Assembly: GCA_963780185.1 (NCBI GenBank)
Contig: CAWABA010000007.1
Span: 32,001-96,000 of the forward strand
DNA: 64,000 nt
Origin: Candidatus Bathyarchaeota archaeon
GTDB lineage: Archaea > Thermoproteota > Bathyarchaeia > Bathyarchaeales > Bathycorpusculaceae
Direction: 5' to 3'
The notes beneath the pieces were generated by a model. The model was not told the DNA's origin. It made no database searches and saw only the letters and a list, made by a program, of their open reading frames with translations. The position numbers were made by a program, and so were the translations under genes. Below are positions 48,783-58,040 of the stretch, piece after piece; position 1 is the stretch's first letter; each line of letters opens with the position of its first letter.

Positions 48783-51173
48783 TCAATCATTTTTGGGATT
48801 TAGTTTAGGGTAGCGTTTTAGGGTTTTCTCCACCACTAGGTACAGAAGAGCGGCGATGGCTAGGGCGAACGCTGGAAAAACAGGCATAATATACCAGTAA
48901 ATCTTTGTTTGCGCCAAACTGAACACCAAAAGCACGATTGCCATCCACAGGAAAACCAGTGTGTCCTGTTTTCTGCGTTTGATGAAGGCTCCGTAGGCGC
49001 AAAGTCCTGCGGCGAAGGGCAACAATGCGAGCCATAGCCAGTTTTCGTGGTAAACGATGTAGCTCAGGTAGAAGAGGTAGCTTGTAACGTGACCCTCAAT
49101 GGAGCCGGCTGACCGTGTAACGTCGGCGTAGATGAAGTACCACTGCCAAAACTGATTCCCAAAACGGGACGCCATGTAGATTAGCCAAGGTGAAAAGAGC
49201 AGAACTCCCACTCCCCAGAAAAGGGTAAAGGTCTTCGTGAATAGAAAACGCAGGCTTTTCTTTGTCGCAAGCAAATAAGCGAAAATGATTAGCGGAATTA
49301 GAAGTGCTGCAATCTGTTTTGTCATCAGCGCCAACCCGAAAAACAAGCCGCCTAAAACCGCGTATCGAAGGGAGTTTTCTTTTTCTTCGCTTAAAACAAA
49401 AAAGTAGATGCTTGCTACGACGAAACAGGTTAACGGGACATCAGTCATGGCGTATCTTACAAAAGTGTTGTAGGTTAGGAAGGTGCCTAAAACAATCGCC
49501 GACATGAATCCGACGGGGCGGTTGTAGAGTTTCTTTCCCAAATAGTAGATGAGAACTAGGGATAGGGCGCCGAATCCAGCGGTCCAAATCCTGGAGGCAA
49601 AGTTGGTGACGCCGAAGGCTTGGTAGCTAAGAGACATCAGCCACATCAAAAACGGCGGCTTCCCAATCACGAAGGAAAGGTCGCCGTAAGCCCAAGGCGT
49701 AAAGTAATCGCCAGTCTTCAACATGTGAAAAGCCCACTGCGAATACGTCTGCTCATCAGCAGTCTGAAGAACCCCGCTTCCCAAATTAATGAAGAAAACC
49801 GCTGAAAACGCGAGAATTGCCAAAATGAAAACGGCGTCAGTGTGTCTCTGGAGCCAAGACTGATTTTCCTTAAAGATGCCACTCGATTCATTTTTTTGGT
49901 TTTGCCTTCTATCAAAATAAACGTATCGCACTAAGACAAAAATGGTGATAGCTGCTATGGCGCAGGCGATGGCGTCGAACGCAACCGTCGTCAGAGATAT
50001 CGAGTTGGCGGATGATGGAAGCTGAAGGGGACTTGTCGAGTTTGTTAAGGCTAAGGCGTAGACTTTGGCGTCGTCGGAACCTATGTATAAAATGTTGTTT
50101 GCGATCGCGGGTGAGGATTCTATGATGTTGCCCGTTTGGTAACGCCATTCTTTGGCTCCTGTTTGGGCGTTGAAGCAGTAGATGATGCCGTCTTGGGAGC
50201 CCACGTAAACGTTGCCGCCTGCCACCGCCGGGGAAGATGTGACCCAGTAGCCAGTTGGGCTCTGCCAGATTTTGCCGCCTGTTGACGCGTTGAGGCAGTA
50301 GACGTAACTGTCATCGGATCCCACGTAGACGCAGCCGTAGGCGACCGCGGGGGAAGATTCAACTTCGTCGGCTGTTCGGTACTTCCAAACCTGTGCGCCT
50401 GTGGAAGCGTTCAAAGCGCAGATGTAGCCATCGTAGGAGCCGATGTAGACGTAGCCGTTGTCGACAGCGGGGGAAGAAGAGTCAGACGTTCGAACGTGGT
50501 AACTCCAAATCTTGACGCCGCTGGACGCGTTGAAAGCGTAGATGTGGCCGTCCTTGCTGGCTATGTATACTGCTCCGTTTGCGACTGCAGGGGATGAATT
50601 CATCGGGTTCAGATTTGCAACATTCCAAATCGTGTTTCCATTTGTAGCGTTCAAGGCGTAGAGGTTGTTGTAGGAATCTATGTAGACTACGCCGTCCACG
50701 ACTGTTGGGGAAGGCCGCACGGTGCTTCCGATTGGTGTTCGCCAAAGCAGGGTTCCAGTCATGATGTTTAGGCAGTAGAGGTAGCCGTCGTCGGCGCCGA
50801 CGTAGACGCTGTAGTTGTAGATGGCTGGTGACGACCACACTTCATAGTGAGTTGGGTACTTCCAAATCACCGCTCCATTGGAAGCGTTGAAACACCAAAC
50901 TTGGCTATCCCTTGACCCGACAACAACGAGGCCATACGCAAAAGCGGGAGAAGACTGAACCATCCTACCAGTTGTATAATTCCAAAGCAACTGGGCAGAA
51001 TTCGCCGAGGATGCCTCAGCTGTGAAGCCGCTGTGGGTTGGGTCCTCGCGAAACATCGGCCACCCGCCAGAGGAACCTGCGTTGGCTGAGTTCCCTAAAG
51101 CCGCCGACATGCTACAGGCTTGAATTAGAATAAAAAACATCAGCGCGATGATCAGCCAACAGCGTTTCTGCAT
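48783..51173 (-). CDS. PQQ/BamB-like beta-propeller fused to a GT39/ArnT-like glycosyltransferase
   Basis: Signal peptide, WPMFR.D..H.G, about 8 SSPAV...VYVGS.D repeats, then DE..Y, KPP..W, multi-TM GT-C region. Confidence 0.85.
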   Translation of the reverse strand: MQKRCWLIIALMFFILIQACSMSAALGNSANAGSSGGWPMFREDPTHSGFTAEASSANSAQLLWNYTTGRMVQSSPAFAYGLVVVGSRDSQVWCFNASNGAVIWKYPTHYEVWSSPAIYNYSVYVGADDGYLYCLNIMTGTLLWRTPIGSTVRPSPTVVDGVVYIDSYNNLYALNATNGNTIWNVANLNPMNSSPAVANGAVYIASKDGHIYAFNASSGVKIWSYHVRTSDSSSPAVDNGYVYIGSYDGYICALNASTGAQVWKYRTADEVESSPAVAYGCVYVGSDDSYVYCLNASTGGKIWQSPTGYWVTSSPAVAGGNVYVGSQDGIIYCFNAQTGAKEWRYQTGNIIESSPAIANNILYIGSDDAKVYALALTNSTSPLQLPSSANSISLTTVAFDAIACAIAAITIFVLVRYVYFDRRQNQKNESSGIFKENQSWLQRHTDAVFILAILAFSAVFFINLGSGVLQTADEQTYSQWAFHMLKTGDYFTPWAYGDLSFVIGKPPFLMWLMSLSYQAFGVTNFASRIWTAGFGALSLVLIYYLGKKLYNRPVGFMSAIVLGTFLTYNTFVRYAMTDVPLTCFVVASIYFFVLSEEKENSLRYAVLGGLFFGLALMTKQIAALLIPLIIFAYLLATKKSLRFLFTKTFTLFWGVGVLLFSPWLIYMASRFGNQFWQWYFIYADVTRSAGSIEGHVTSYLFYLSYIVYHENWLWLALLPFAAGLCAYGAFIKRRKQDTLVFLWMAIVLLVFSLAQTKIYWYIMPVFPAFALAIAALLYLVVEKTLKRYPKLNPKND

Positions 51174-51357
51174 TGCTATCCTTACAAGACACCGCTATAA
51201 GACCATATAAAAGTAGTTGGAATTCAAAGGCAAAGTCTGCCCGCCATAATTTTGCAAGTCTTAGGTGTTATGCTCGGATGTTGTTGCAGTTTGAGACAAC
51301 AAGTCTTGAAATATTACCTTAGCGATTGGTGTGATAAACCCTAGAAAGTGTGCCTGC

Positions 51358-51483
51358 ATGGTTAGCTGTCAAAACTGCGGTAAGAACCTTACCAAGCCTG
51401 AAAGAAAAATTGAGAACAAAGTCTTTTGCGTGGAACTTTACAGCTGTGACAGGTGCGGCTTCAAGTTCAAGGTAGCCTACTAA
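51358..51483 (+). CDS. 41-aa CxxC...CxxC zinc-finger microprotein
   Basis: MVSCQNCGKNLTKPERKIENKVFCVELYSCDRCGFKFKVAY; T-rich tract follows. Confidence 0.7.
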   Translation: MVSCQNCGKNLTKPERKIENKVFCVELYSCDRCGFKFKVAY

Positions 51484-51686
51484 ACGGTTTTATCTTTTGC
51501 TTTTGGCCTGTAAATTATTACTTTTCCGTTTTCCCGCTTCAGCGTTGAATCATGTTTTTTAGCAAGGGCTTGAATCTGCCGCTTGGTTTGCCTGTCGAGG
51601 ACGGTTTTGATTTGGACTGGGTAGCCTGCTCAATGACCTGCCAGCCAAACGTAAAAAATCAAGAAAAACCCAAAAACCACTGAATT

Positions 51687-53177
51687 TTAGTTGAAAAGAT
51701 TTCGGATATATTTCAAAATAAGCTGCGGCTGCTCAAACGCCGTTTTTAGTGCCCTTCGAGGATTCCTCAGGTGGTTCCTCAGCGACAACTTTTTGTATTC
51801 CTCAAGTGCTTTGGCGGCAATTTCCTTTACGTCTTCAGGGACGAAGTCAGGTGTAGAAATCAGTGGCATCCCTTTGGGTTGGCGTGCCGCGGCGAAGGAG
51901 TCCCAGTCCAGGTTTTCTTGGATGTAGCCTTTGGATTTGCATTCTTCGTAGAGTCTGGTGCCGTAGGATGGTGTAGCCATGAAGAGGTGCATGCCGACGT
52001 CGTAGTCGCGTTTGAGTTTTAAGGCGAAATCAACTGTTTTCTGCATGTTTTCCTTTTTTTCGCCTGGGAAACCGATTATGTAGAAGGCGCCTGTTTTCAG
52101 GTCAATGTCTTTGCAGATTTTTGCAACTTCAACTACACGGTTAAGGTCTAGGCTCTTGCAGATTACGTTATCTAGTATCTGTTGGTCGCCTGACTCGACG
52201 CCGAAGAAGACGCTTTTGCAGCCTGACTTCTTCATTTTCTTAAGCAAATTCAGGTTTAAGCAGTCTGCACGTACCCCGTTTGGAGTTTCCCAGCCGATTT
52301 TGATTTTCTTCGCAATTAACCCGTCGCATATGGCTTCGAATCTTGCTAAGTCAAGGGTTAAGTTGTCGTCTTCAAAGAAAATGTTCTTGACGCCGAATTT
52401 TTCGACAACGTACTCGATGTGGTTTAAAACGTAGTTTGCCGAGTTTGCTCTAAATCCTCTGCCCATGTGCAGGTGAACCGAGCAGAAACAGCAGTTAAAC
52501 GGGCAGCCTCTGCTGGTAATCATCGATATGGCTCGTTTCCTGAAGCTACGGTAACCCATGTTGGAGTTGAGGTACTTCTCCATATCCACTAAGTCATAGG
52601 CGGGGTAAGGAAGATCATCCAGATTTTTGATAAAATCCCTCGAAGGATTCAACTTGATTTTTCCATCTTGGCGGAAGGCAATGCCCAAAATTTCATCTAA
52701 AGCCTTTTTTCCTTCAAAAAACGCGGCTAACTCAGGCATGATGAATTCGCCTTCGCCTACCACGGCAATGTCAACGCTTTTGGCTTCTTCAAGAAACCCC
52801 ACAGGAACCGTGGTGACGTGTGGTCCACCTACAACCGTTAAAATCTTTGGATTAACCTGTTTAGCCATGTCGCTTACTTTAACCGAGTTTTCTATTTGGC
52901 AAGTGAACGGCCCCGATATGCCGAGGATGTCTGGTTTTCGCCGTTCAATTTCCAGTTTTATCTGGTCAAAGGGCATTCCCACGCTTAAGGTTTCGCCGTT
53001 TTTTTGGGGTAAGCTGTCTGCCATGAAGGCGTCTAATATCTCGGTTGGGTAGCCTGCTTTGGTAAGCATCGCGGCTATGTACATTAAGCCGAGAGGCAAG
53101 TTGCCTGCTGGCGGTTCCGAGCCTGGGTAAAATGTCTGCGGGGGGTTGATGAGAAGTATCTTCATTAGGGTACCCAA
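51687..53177 (-). CDS. cobalamin-binding radical SAM protein
   Basis: PLGL.YIAA, GGPH.T, TSRGCPFNCCFC, FEDDN, GVESG. Confidence 0.92.
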   Translation of the reverse strand: MGTLMKILLINPPQTFYPGSEPPAGNLPLGLMYIAAMLTKAGYPTEILDAFMADSLPQKNGETLSVGMPFDQIKLEIERRKPDILGISGPFTCQIENSVKVSDMAKQVNPKILTVVGGPHVTTVPVGFLEEAKSVDIAVVGEGEFIMPELAAFFEGKKALDEILGIAFRQDGKIKLNPSRDFIKNLDDLPYPAYDLVDMEKYLNSNMGYRSFRKRAISMITSRGCPFNCCFCSVHLHMGRGFRANSANYVLNHIEYVVEKFGVKNIFFEDDNLTLDLARFEAICDGLIAKKIKIGWETPNGVRADCLNLNLLKKMKKSGCKSVFFGVESGDQQILDNVICKSLDLNRVVEVAKICKDIDLKTGAFYIIGFPGEKKENMQKTVDFALKLKRDYDVGMHLFMATPSYGTRLYEECKSKGYIQENLDWDSFAAARQPKGMPLISTPDFVPEDVKEIAAKALEEYKKLSLRNHLRNPRRALKTAFEQPQLILKYIRNLFN

Positions 53178-53404
53178 TGATTATAGAGTTGCTTCTTTGG
53201 GGTATTTAAATTAACTTCTTGGCTTAAATTGATCTAGAACATTTTTGAAATTATCTGTTTTCTGTTTATTTTTACATAGTCGGCTAGCGGATTCAAAGGC
53301 TTAGTTGGCATGTTATTGTTATACTACAACCACATAAGTTCATAAGCGGTTATTCGACTTTTAATATTGTCAACTTTTAGGCAGTTAAATGGAGGTGACT
53401 TTTT

Positions 53405-53722
53405 TTGAGTATGCGAGACGAAGGCAGAAAAGGCAAAATGACCGTAGCTGAAGCAGGAAGGAAAGGCGGAGAAAAAACCGCATCAACCCATGGCCGCGAA
53501 TTTTATGAGCAAATAGGTCGAAAAGGCGGCGAGAAGGTTTCTGCTGAACGAGGCCCAGAGTTTTACAGTGAAATAGGGAGCAAAGGCGGGTCTGAGAGAG
53601 CCAAGCAGCATGAAGGCACAAGTGAGGCGATGGGGAAGACAAGCCTTGAAGAAGCAGGACACAGAGGCGGACAAAGAGTCCGAAAACTGATCCAAGCGGG
53701 CAAAGAACGCGAAGAAGAATAA
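53405..53722 (+). CDS. Em/GsiB(KGG)-like hydrophilin 1
   Basis: GKMTV.EAGRKGGE, EFY.EIG.KGG repeats; GGAGGTGA at 53391. Confidence 0.88.
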   Translation: MSMRDEGRKGKMTVAEAGRKGGEKTASTHGREFYEQIGRKGGEKVSAERGPEFYSEIGSKGGSERAKQHEGTSEAMGKTSLEEAGHRGGQRVRKLIQAGKEREEE

Positions 53723-53804
53723 AAGCCCATATTTTTTAGGATTATTTTTTGTTTGATCCGTGGCAAAAATCTAGTCTTTCTAGCATTTTAGGGAGGTGAA
53801 CTAG

Positions 53805-53993
53805 TTGTCCCGAGAAAAGGGTAAAATGACTGTTGAAGAAGCTGGCAGGAAAGGTGGACTGCGAACATCCGAGACCCATGGCGAAGAATTCTACAGTGAA
53901 ATAGGCCGTAAAGGCGGCAAGATAGGTGGGCCGAAAGGTGGGCAAAGAGTCCGCATGCTTATTGAGGCAGGAAAGGAGCATGAGCGAGAATAG
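53805..53993 (+). CDS. Em/GsiB(KGG)-like hydrophilin 2
   Basis: GKMTVEEAGRKGG, EFYSEIGRKGG; GGAGGTGA at 53792. Confidence 0.88.
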   Translation: MSREKGKMTVEEAGRKGGLRTSETHGEEFYSEIGRKGGKIGGPKGGQRVRMLIEAGKEHERE

Positions 53994-54214
53994 ACCGTGC
54001 TTGTTCTAGCTTTTGATTCTTCATAATTAACTTCGAGTTCAAGTCGTGGCTTTTTCGCTCAATTTACAGCTTGGACCTGAGTTTCAAAGAGGCGCTTCTT
54101 TCCATGTTGCTGTGCTAAGACAGCCACATATCTTTAAGAGTCTTGTTAGGGCTAGAAAAATGAGAAAGCGACCAAGTCGCTGAGAAAAACATCGACGCAA
54201 GTTTTGGAGGTGAC

Positions 54215-54472
54215 ATGTTTTTGAGCGAAAGCAAAAGAAAAGGAAAGATGACGGTTGAGGAGGCTGGACGCTTGGGCGGAGAAAGGACTGCTGAAACCCA
54301 TGGACCTGAATTTTACAGTGAGATAGGCAGCAAAGGCGGGTCACAGCGAGCCAAACAGCATGAAGGCTCTCCCGAAGCCAGGGGCAAGACAAGCCTTGAA
54401 GAAGCAGGACACAGGGGAGGCCAAAAGGTTCGCAGGCTGATTCAAGCGGGCAAAGAACATGAAGATGAGTAA
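54215..54472 (+). CDS. Em/GsiB(KGG)-like hydrophilin 3
   Basis: Near-duplicate of copy 1; GGAGGTGA at 54206. Confidence 0.88.
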   Translation: MFLSESKRKGKMTVEEAGRLGGERTAETHGPEFYSEIGSKGGSQRAKQHEGSPEARGKTSLEEAGHRGGQKVRRLIQAGKEHEDE

Positions 54473-54604
54473 GTTTAGTTTCCCAAATTTTGCTTTGAGA
54501 GGCGTTTCGCGTTTCTTTAACGTAAATGATGTAACAAGGATTTTGTTAATGGTGACTGCGTTTTGATTTTTCAAGTTTCTTCCTGTATCTGGAGGTGATA
54601 TGGT

Positions 54605-54790
54605 TTGGCCAAAGAGAAAAAGAAGGGAAAAATGACGGTTCAGGAGGCTGGGCGAATAGGCGGAGAGAAGACTTCAGAGACCCATGGGCGCCGGTTCTAC
54701 AGTGAGATAGGCAGCAAGGGCGGTCAGAGGGTTCGCCTGTTGATTGAGGAAGGAAAAGCGCGGGAAGAAGAATTAACGGTGAACGGTTAG
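54605..54790 (+). CDS. Em/GsiB(KGG)-like hydrophilin 4
   Basis: GKMTVQEAGR.GGE, FYSEIGSKGGQRVR.LI; GGAGGTGA at 54591. Confidence 0.88.
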   Translation: MAKEKKKGKMTVQEAGRIGGEKTSETHGRRFYSEIGSKGGQRVRLLIEEGKAREEELTVNG

Positions 54791-54833
54791 CCTTTTTTTG
54801 TGGGTAACTTGTTTAGGGATATGGGAGGTGAAA

Positions 54834-55118
54834 ATGACGAGTAGTCAAGGTGTCTTAACAAAACGCAAAGGAATAGGTCAAGGCAAAGGAGCAAGGCATC
54901 AATACACTAGCAGAGCAGGCAAATCTGGTCACGTAAGCCCTGCGATCGTGGAGAAATTTCTTGCAGGCATTCATTTCCCAGCTGAAAAAAAGAACCTCAT
55001 AGAAAGAGCCTCGGACAAAAACGCGCCTGAAAACGTGATGGACATGCTCAACAAGCTTCCAAGCAAAACCTACAAGTCGCCGATAGACATAACCAAGGAA
55101 ATAGGAAAAATCGAGTAA
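54834..55118 (+). CDS. DUF2795-domain protein
   Basis: L.G..FPA.K..LIE.A....A...V...L..LP...Y.SP; GGAGGTGA at 54824. Confidence 0.8.
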   Translation: MTSSQGVLTKRKGIGQGKGARHQYTSRAGKSGHVSPAIVEKFLAGIHFPAEKKNLIERASDKNAPENVMDMLNKLPSKTYKSPIDITKEIGKIE

Positions 55119-55289
55119 TATCAACCCTAAAACCTGTTTTCTTTTAATCTTAATTTAGCGTTTCCAAGTTGAGGCGAGGCATCATACGGCTAAAGAAAGC
55201 CGTGCAACGGATGCGCGAATTTACCGATGAACAAAAGACATTTTATTATGTGGAAGCGGAGTGGATGCGTTTTGGCGGTAGGAAGCTTA

Positions 55290-55472
55290 CGGAAAAGGAA
55301 GATGACCTGTAGAGAAGCCTGGCGAATAGGGGACGAAAAAGTTTCTCAAGAGAGAGGAATCGAGTTATAGGGAAATTGGAGGAAGGGCTGCGAGAAAGTC
55401 GCTAAGGAGCGCGGTTCCGAATTCTTCAGGGAGATAGGACGGAAGGGTGGAGAACGCAAAGTGAGAAAGTAG
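55290..55472 (+). pseudogene. degenerate fifth KGG-repeat copy
   Basis: KMTCREAWRIGDEKVSQERG, then frameshifts, then EKVAKERGSEFFREIGRKGGE. Confidence 0.7.
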
Positions 55473-55520
55473 AAATCGCTGGGCAAAATGTTGAAATAGT
55501 TTCCAGCGGGATTAGGTTGT

Positions 55521-55964
55521 ATGAAGCATATTCTCGTTTTATACTACAGCAGAACAGGTAACACTGAGAGGATGGCAAAAGCCGTTGCTGAAGGCGCAAA
55601 AATCAGCGATGACGTCAAAGTAGAATTAAGCTTCCACGTAGAACCAGAAGACTTAGCCGCCTTTGATGCAGTGCTCATCGGAACACCAACTTACCATCAT
55701 GAGATGGCCGTCGAATTCAAGAACCTCTTCGAGCAAGCAGCAGCGAAAGGCATAAGCTTGAAAGGCAAAGTTGGAGCGGCTTTCGGTTCCTACGGGTGGA
55801 CTGGCGAAGCACCCAAGCTTGTTGTGGAAATCATGAAGTTCAAGTTTGAAATGCAGGTAAATGAACCGCCTTTGCTCGCAAGGTACCTGCCAGATCAGAA
55901 AACATTGGGCGACTGTAAGGACCTTGGAAAAAGAATTTCCGAAAACTTGATGAGCAAGGCTTAA
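55521..55964 (+). CDS. flavodoxin
   Basis: YYSRTGNTE.MA, GTPTY, AFGSYGW.GE. Confidence 0.9.
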   Translation: MKHILVLYYSRTGNTERMAKAVAEGAKISDDVKVELSFHVEPEDLAAFDAVLIGTPTYHHEMAVEFKNLFEQAAAKGISLKGKVGAAFGSYGWTGEAPKLVVEIMKFKFEMQVNEPPLLARYLPDQKTLGDCKDLGKRISENLMSKA

Positions 55965-55988
55965 CATTAGCGGATTGGGAGAATTTTA

Positions 55989-56474
55989 ATGGAAAAACCT
56001 AAGGATAATCTGCTTGAATTCTTGAAAAACCAGATGAAAGTTGAAAGAGACATAGTGGCTTCCCTTGAAAAACCGTTGCGTGAAATGAAGAATCCCGCTG
56101 TGAAAGGCGTCCTGAAAGGGGTCTCGCTTGATTCTATAAAGCACGCTGAACTTTACTTGTCAGCCGTCACCCTTCTCACGGGGGCATCTACCGCGTTAAC
56201 GCAGGATAACTTGGATGAGCAGAGAAAGCTAGTGGAAAAGCACATAGAGATCGAATCTGAACTGATTAAGAAGCTGGAAGTCATGATTCCCTCGATCGAT
56301 AACAGCAAAGTCGTTTTTCTCTTAAACTCCATACTGGCAGACGAACGCAGGCACCACGAGATGCTGAAGATGGTATTAGAAATCATTGTCCACGGAGAAA
56401 CCATAACGGAAGACGACTGGTGGAAACTGCTCTGGGAAAACGCGCCGTTCCATGGAGCTCCCGGCGGAGGATAA
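55989..56474 (+). CDS. ferritin-like (rubrerythrin-like) di-iron protein
   Basis: E..., DS.KH, E.E, DERRHH four-helix pattern. Confidence 0.78.
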   Translation: MEKPKDNLLEFLKNQMKVERDIVASLEKPLREMKNPAVKGVLKGVSLDSIKHAELYLSAVTLLTGASTALTQDNLDEQRKLVEKHIEIESELIKKLEVMIPSIDNSKVVFLLNSILADERRHHEMLKMVLEIIVHGETITEDDWWKLLWENAPFHGAPGGG

Positions 56475-56494
56475 ACCGGGAAAACCCTAGTTTT

Positions 56495-57442
56495 TTAAGA
56501 GTTGATGTTTCCCTGAATTACTTCTTCAGAAGAGTTCCATGTGTCTTCAACTATGCTCTGAAGCTCCTGAAGCACGGAAGCCAACATTTCACCTTTACAG
56601 GTTAACCCGTAGGCTTTAGGAGTTCTTCGTATGAATATGAGTTTTTTGCCTTTCAACCCTCTCAGGTACTTGTAGGTTCTTCTCGTGGAAAGACCAGTTT
56701 CCTTCGCAAGTTTTCCAGCTGAAATTCCTTCATTCGGGATTGATTCATACATTTTCCGTTCGGTTTCTGATAAGGTTTCCTTGTTTGGATCCCGCTTGGA
56801 TTTGAAGAAGAAAATGTAGTCTCTTTCCTCGGGGGTTTCTATCAAGCCGACGGAACGCAGTCGTTTAAGGATTCGTGAGGCAATCTTGGGCGAAATTAAA
56901 GCTTCTATGGCTTCAAACGTTTTCGGACCCGACAACAACGATTGCAGCAGTATTTCTTCGTAGCATTCTGAGTGCGCCGGCAGCATTTCAGCGAATTCTG
57001 GGAAGGATTCAAGCAGTTCTGTTAGTCGGCCGCCGAATGCGGTTGCGTAGTATTCGTCCCGTAATTCGGTTGCGAGCCCCACCGACATTAGCGGTTGAAG
57101 GTACTCTTCGTTTATGGTATCTTGACTGTGGCTGTGTCCCGTTTTCTTGAGCTCTTGCTGTAGTTGACTAACGGAGTATCTGCCGTTTACGATTGATTGA
57201 AGAATGTGGAGTCTCGTCGCGTTTTTCAGTACATTGAAGAGTTCTTTTATGTAGTTTGGATTATCCATTGTTTCGCGAAGTTTTCGCAGCTCGTTTTTGA
57301 GTTTGTATACTTGACATCGGTTTATGCATTCTAAGGCGCTTATTGGTGCGCAGTTTCTGCATTCAGCGTTTAGAGTTTTTAGCATCCCGGAAAGGTCGCG
57401 TGTGTTTTCTGTTTTCCGGGTTGAAGTTAGGACATTGCCCAT
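56495..57442 (-). CDS. multi-wHTH regulator with an N-terminal four-Cys cluster
   Basis: CRNC-x7-C-x3-C followed by three HTH-like segments. Confidence 0.7.
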   Translation of the reverse strand: MGNVLTSTRKTENTRDLSGMLKTLNAECRNCAPISALECINRCQVYKLKNELRKLRETMDNPNYIKELFNVLKNATRLHILQSIVNGRYSVSQLQQELKKTGHSHSQDTINEEYLQPLMSVGLATELRDEYYATAFGGRLTELLESFPEFAEMLPAHSECYEEILLQSLLSGPKTFEAIEALISPKIASRILKRLRSVGLIETPEERDYIFFFKSKRDPNKETLSETERKMYESIPNEGISAGKLAKETGLSTRRTYKYLRGLKGKKLIFIRRTPKAYGLTCKGEMLASVLQELQSIVEDTWNSSEEVIQGNINS

Positions 57443-57540
57443 TTGTTTTTTTCTCCTTATGCGACTATACGCCGTGTGTCATGCGGGTGATTAGTGTGAG
57501 CTTGGTTTGTAGCACTGTTTTTTACGTTTGATGGCTCGTC

Positions 57541-57582
57541 ATGACACGCGTCATAGCTTATGACAAGCGTCATGTTTAAATA
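57541..57582 (+). promoter_or_regulatory. tandem ATGAC-N4-GTCAT operators next to a TATA box
   Basis: ATGACACGCGTCAT 57541-57554, ATGACAAGCGTCAT 57560-57573, TTTAAATA 57575-57582. Confidence 0.7.
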
Positions 57583-57606
57583 AGTTTTCCCCAAAAATAA
57601 CCCTAA

Positions 57607-57996
57607 TTGGTGCCAAACTTGATACTTCCATGCGAGATAGGGGTAAAAACCGTTTTGCCATCAGTAAAAGCCATTATGGCAAGAGAAATCGTAACAAACC
57701 GCGGATACAACGAACAGCAGACGGCTGAGCTTCTGGGGCTGTCCCAGTCAGCAGTCAGCAGGTACGTGAACAAAGAAAGAGGAAACACCTTGGTTTCATT
57801 GGAAAGCCAAACTGAAGTTTTGGCGCTAATAAATCAAATGGTCTCCGTCCTAATCAAAGAGCCCAACAACAAGTCACAAGTCCTCGAGCTCTTCTGCCAA
57901 ACATGCCAAGCCATCAGGAAAAAAGGTTTAATGTGCCCGAGCTGCCAAAAAGAAATGCCCAAGCAATGGGCGGAAAACTGCTTATTTTGCCGTTAA
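57607..57996 (+). CDS. COG2522-like HTH regulator with a Cys-rich C-terminus
   Basis: PCE....VLP.....A, A.LLG.SQSAVS.Y...RG; CxxC, CPSC, CxxC. Confidence 0.8.
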   Translation: MVPNLILPCEIGVKTVLPSVKAIMAREIVTNRGYNEQQTAELLGLSQSAVSRYVNKERGNTLVSLESQTEVLALINQMVSVLIKEPNNKSQVLELFCQTCQAIRKKGLMCPSCQKEMPKQWAENCLFCR

Positions 57997-58040
57997 ACCC
58001 GTCTTAATCAATATTTATTAAAAACGAAGCCCCTTGATTT

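Noticed and set aside
50100-50950. Regularly spaced nucleotide repeats resembling an array
   Set aside because: These are coding beta-propeller blades, not CRISPR repeats; no cas genes are in the window
55316-55320. AGCCT as another AGCT-linked indel
   Set aside because: It reads in frame as GCC TGG; the lesions in this pseudogene lie elsewhere
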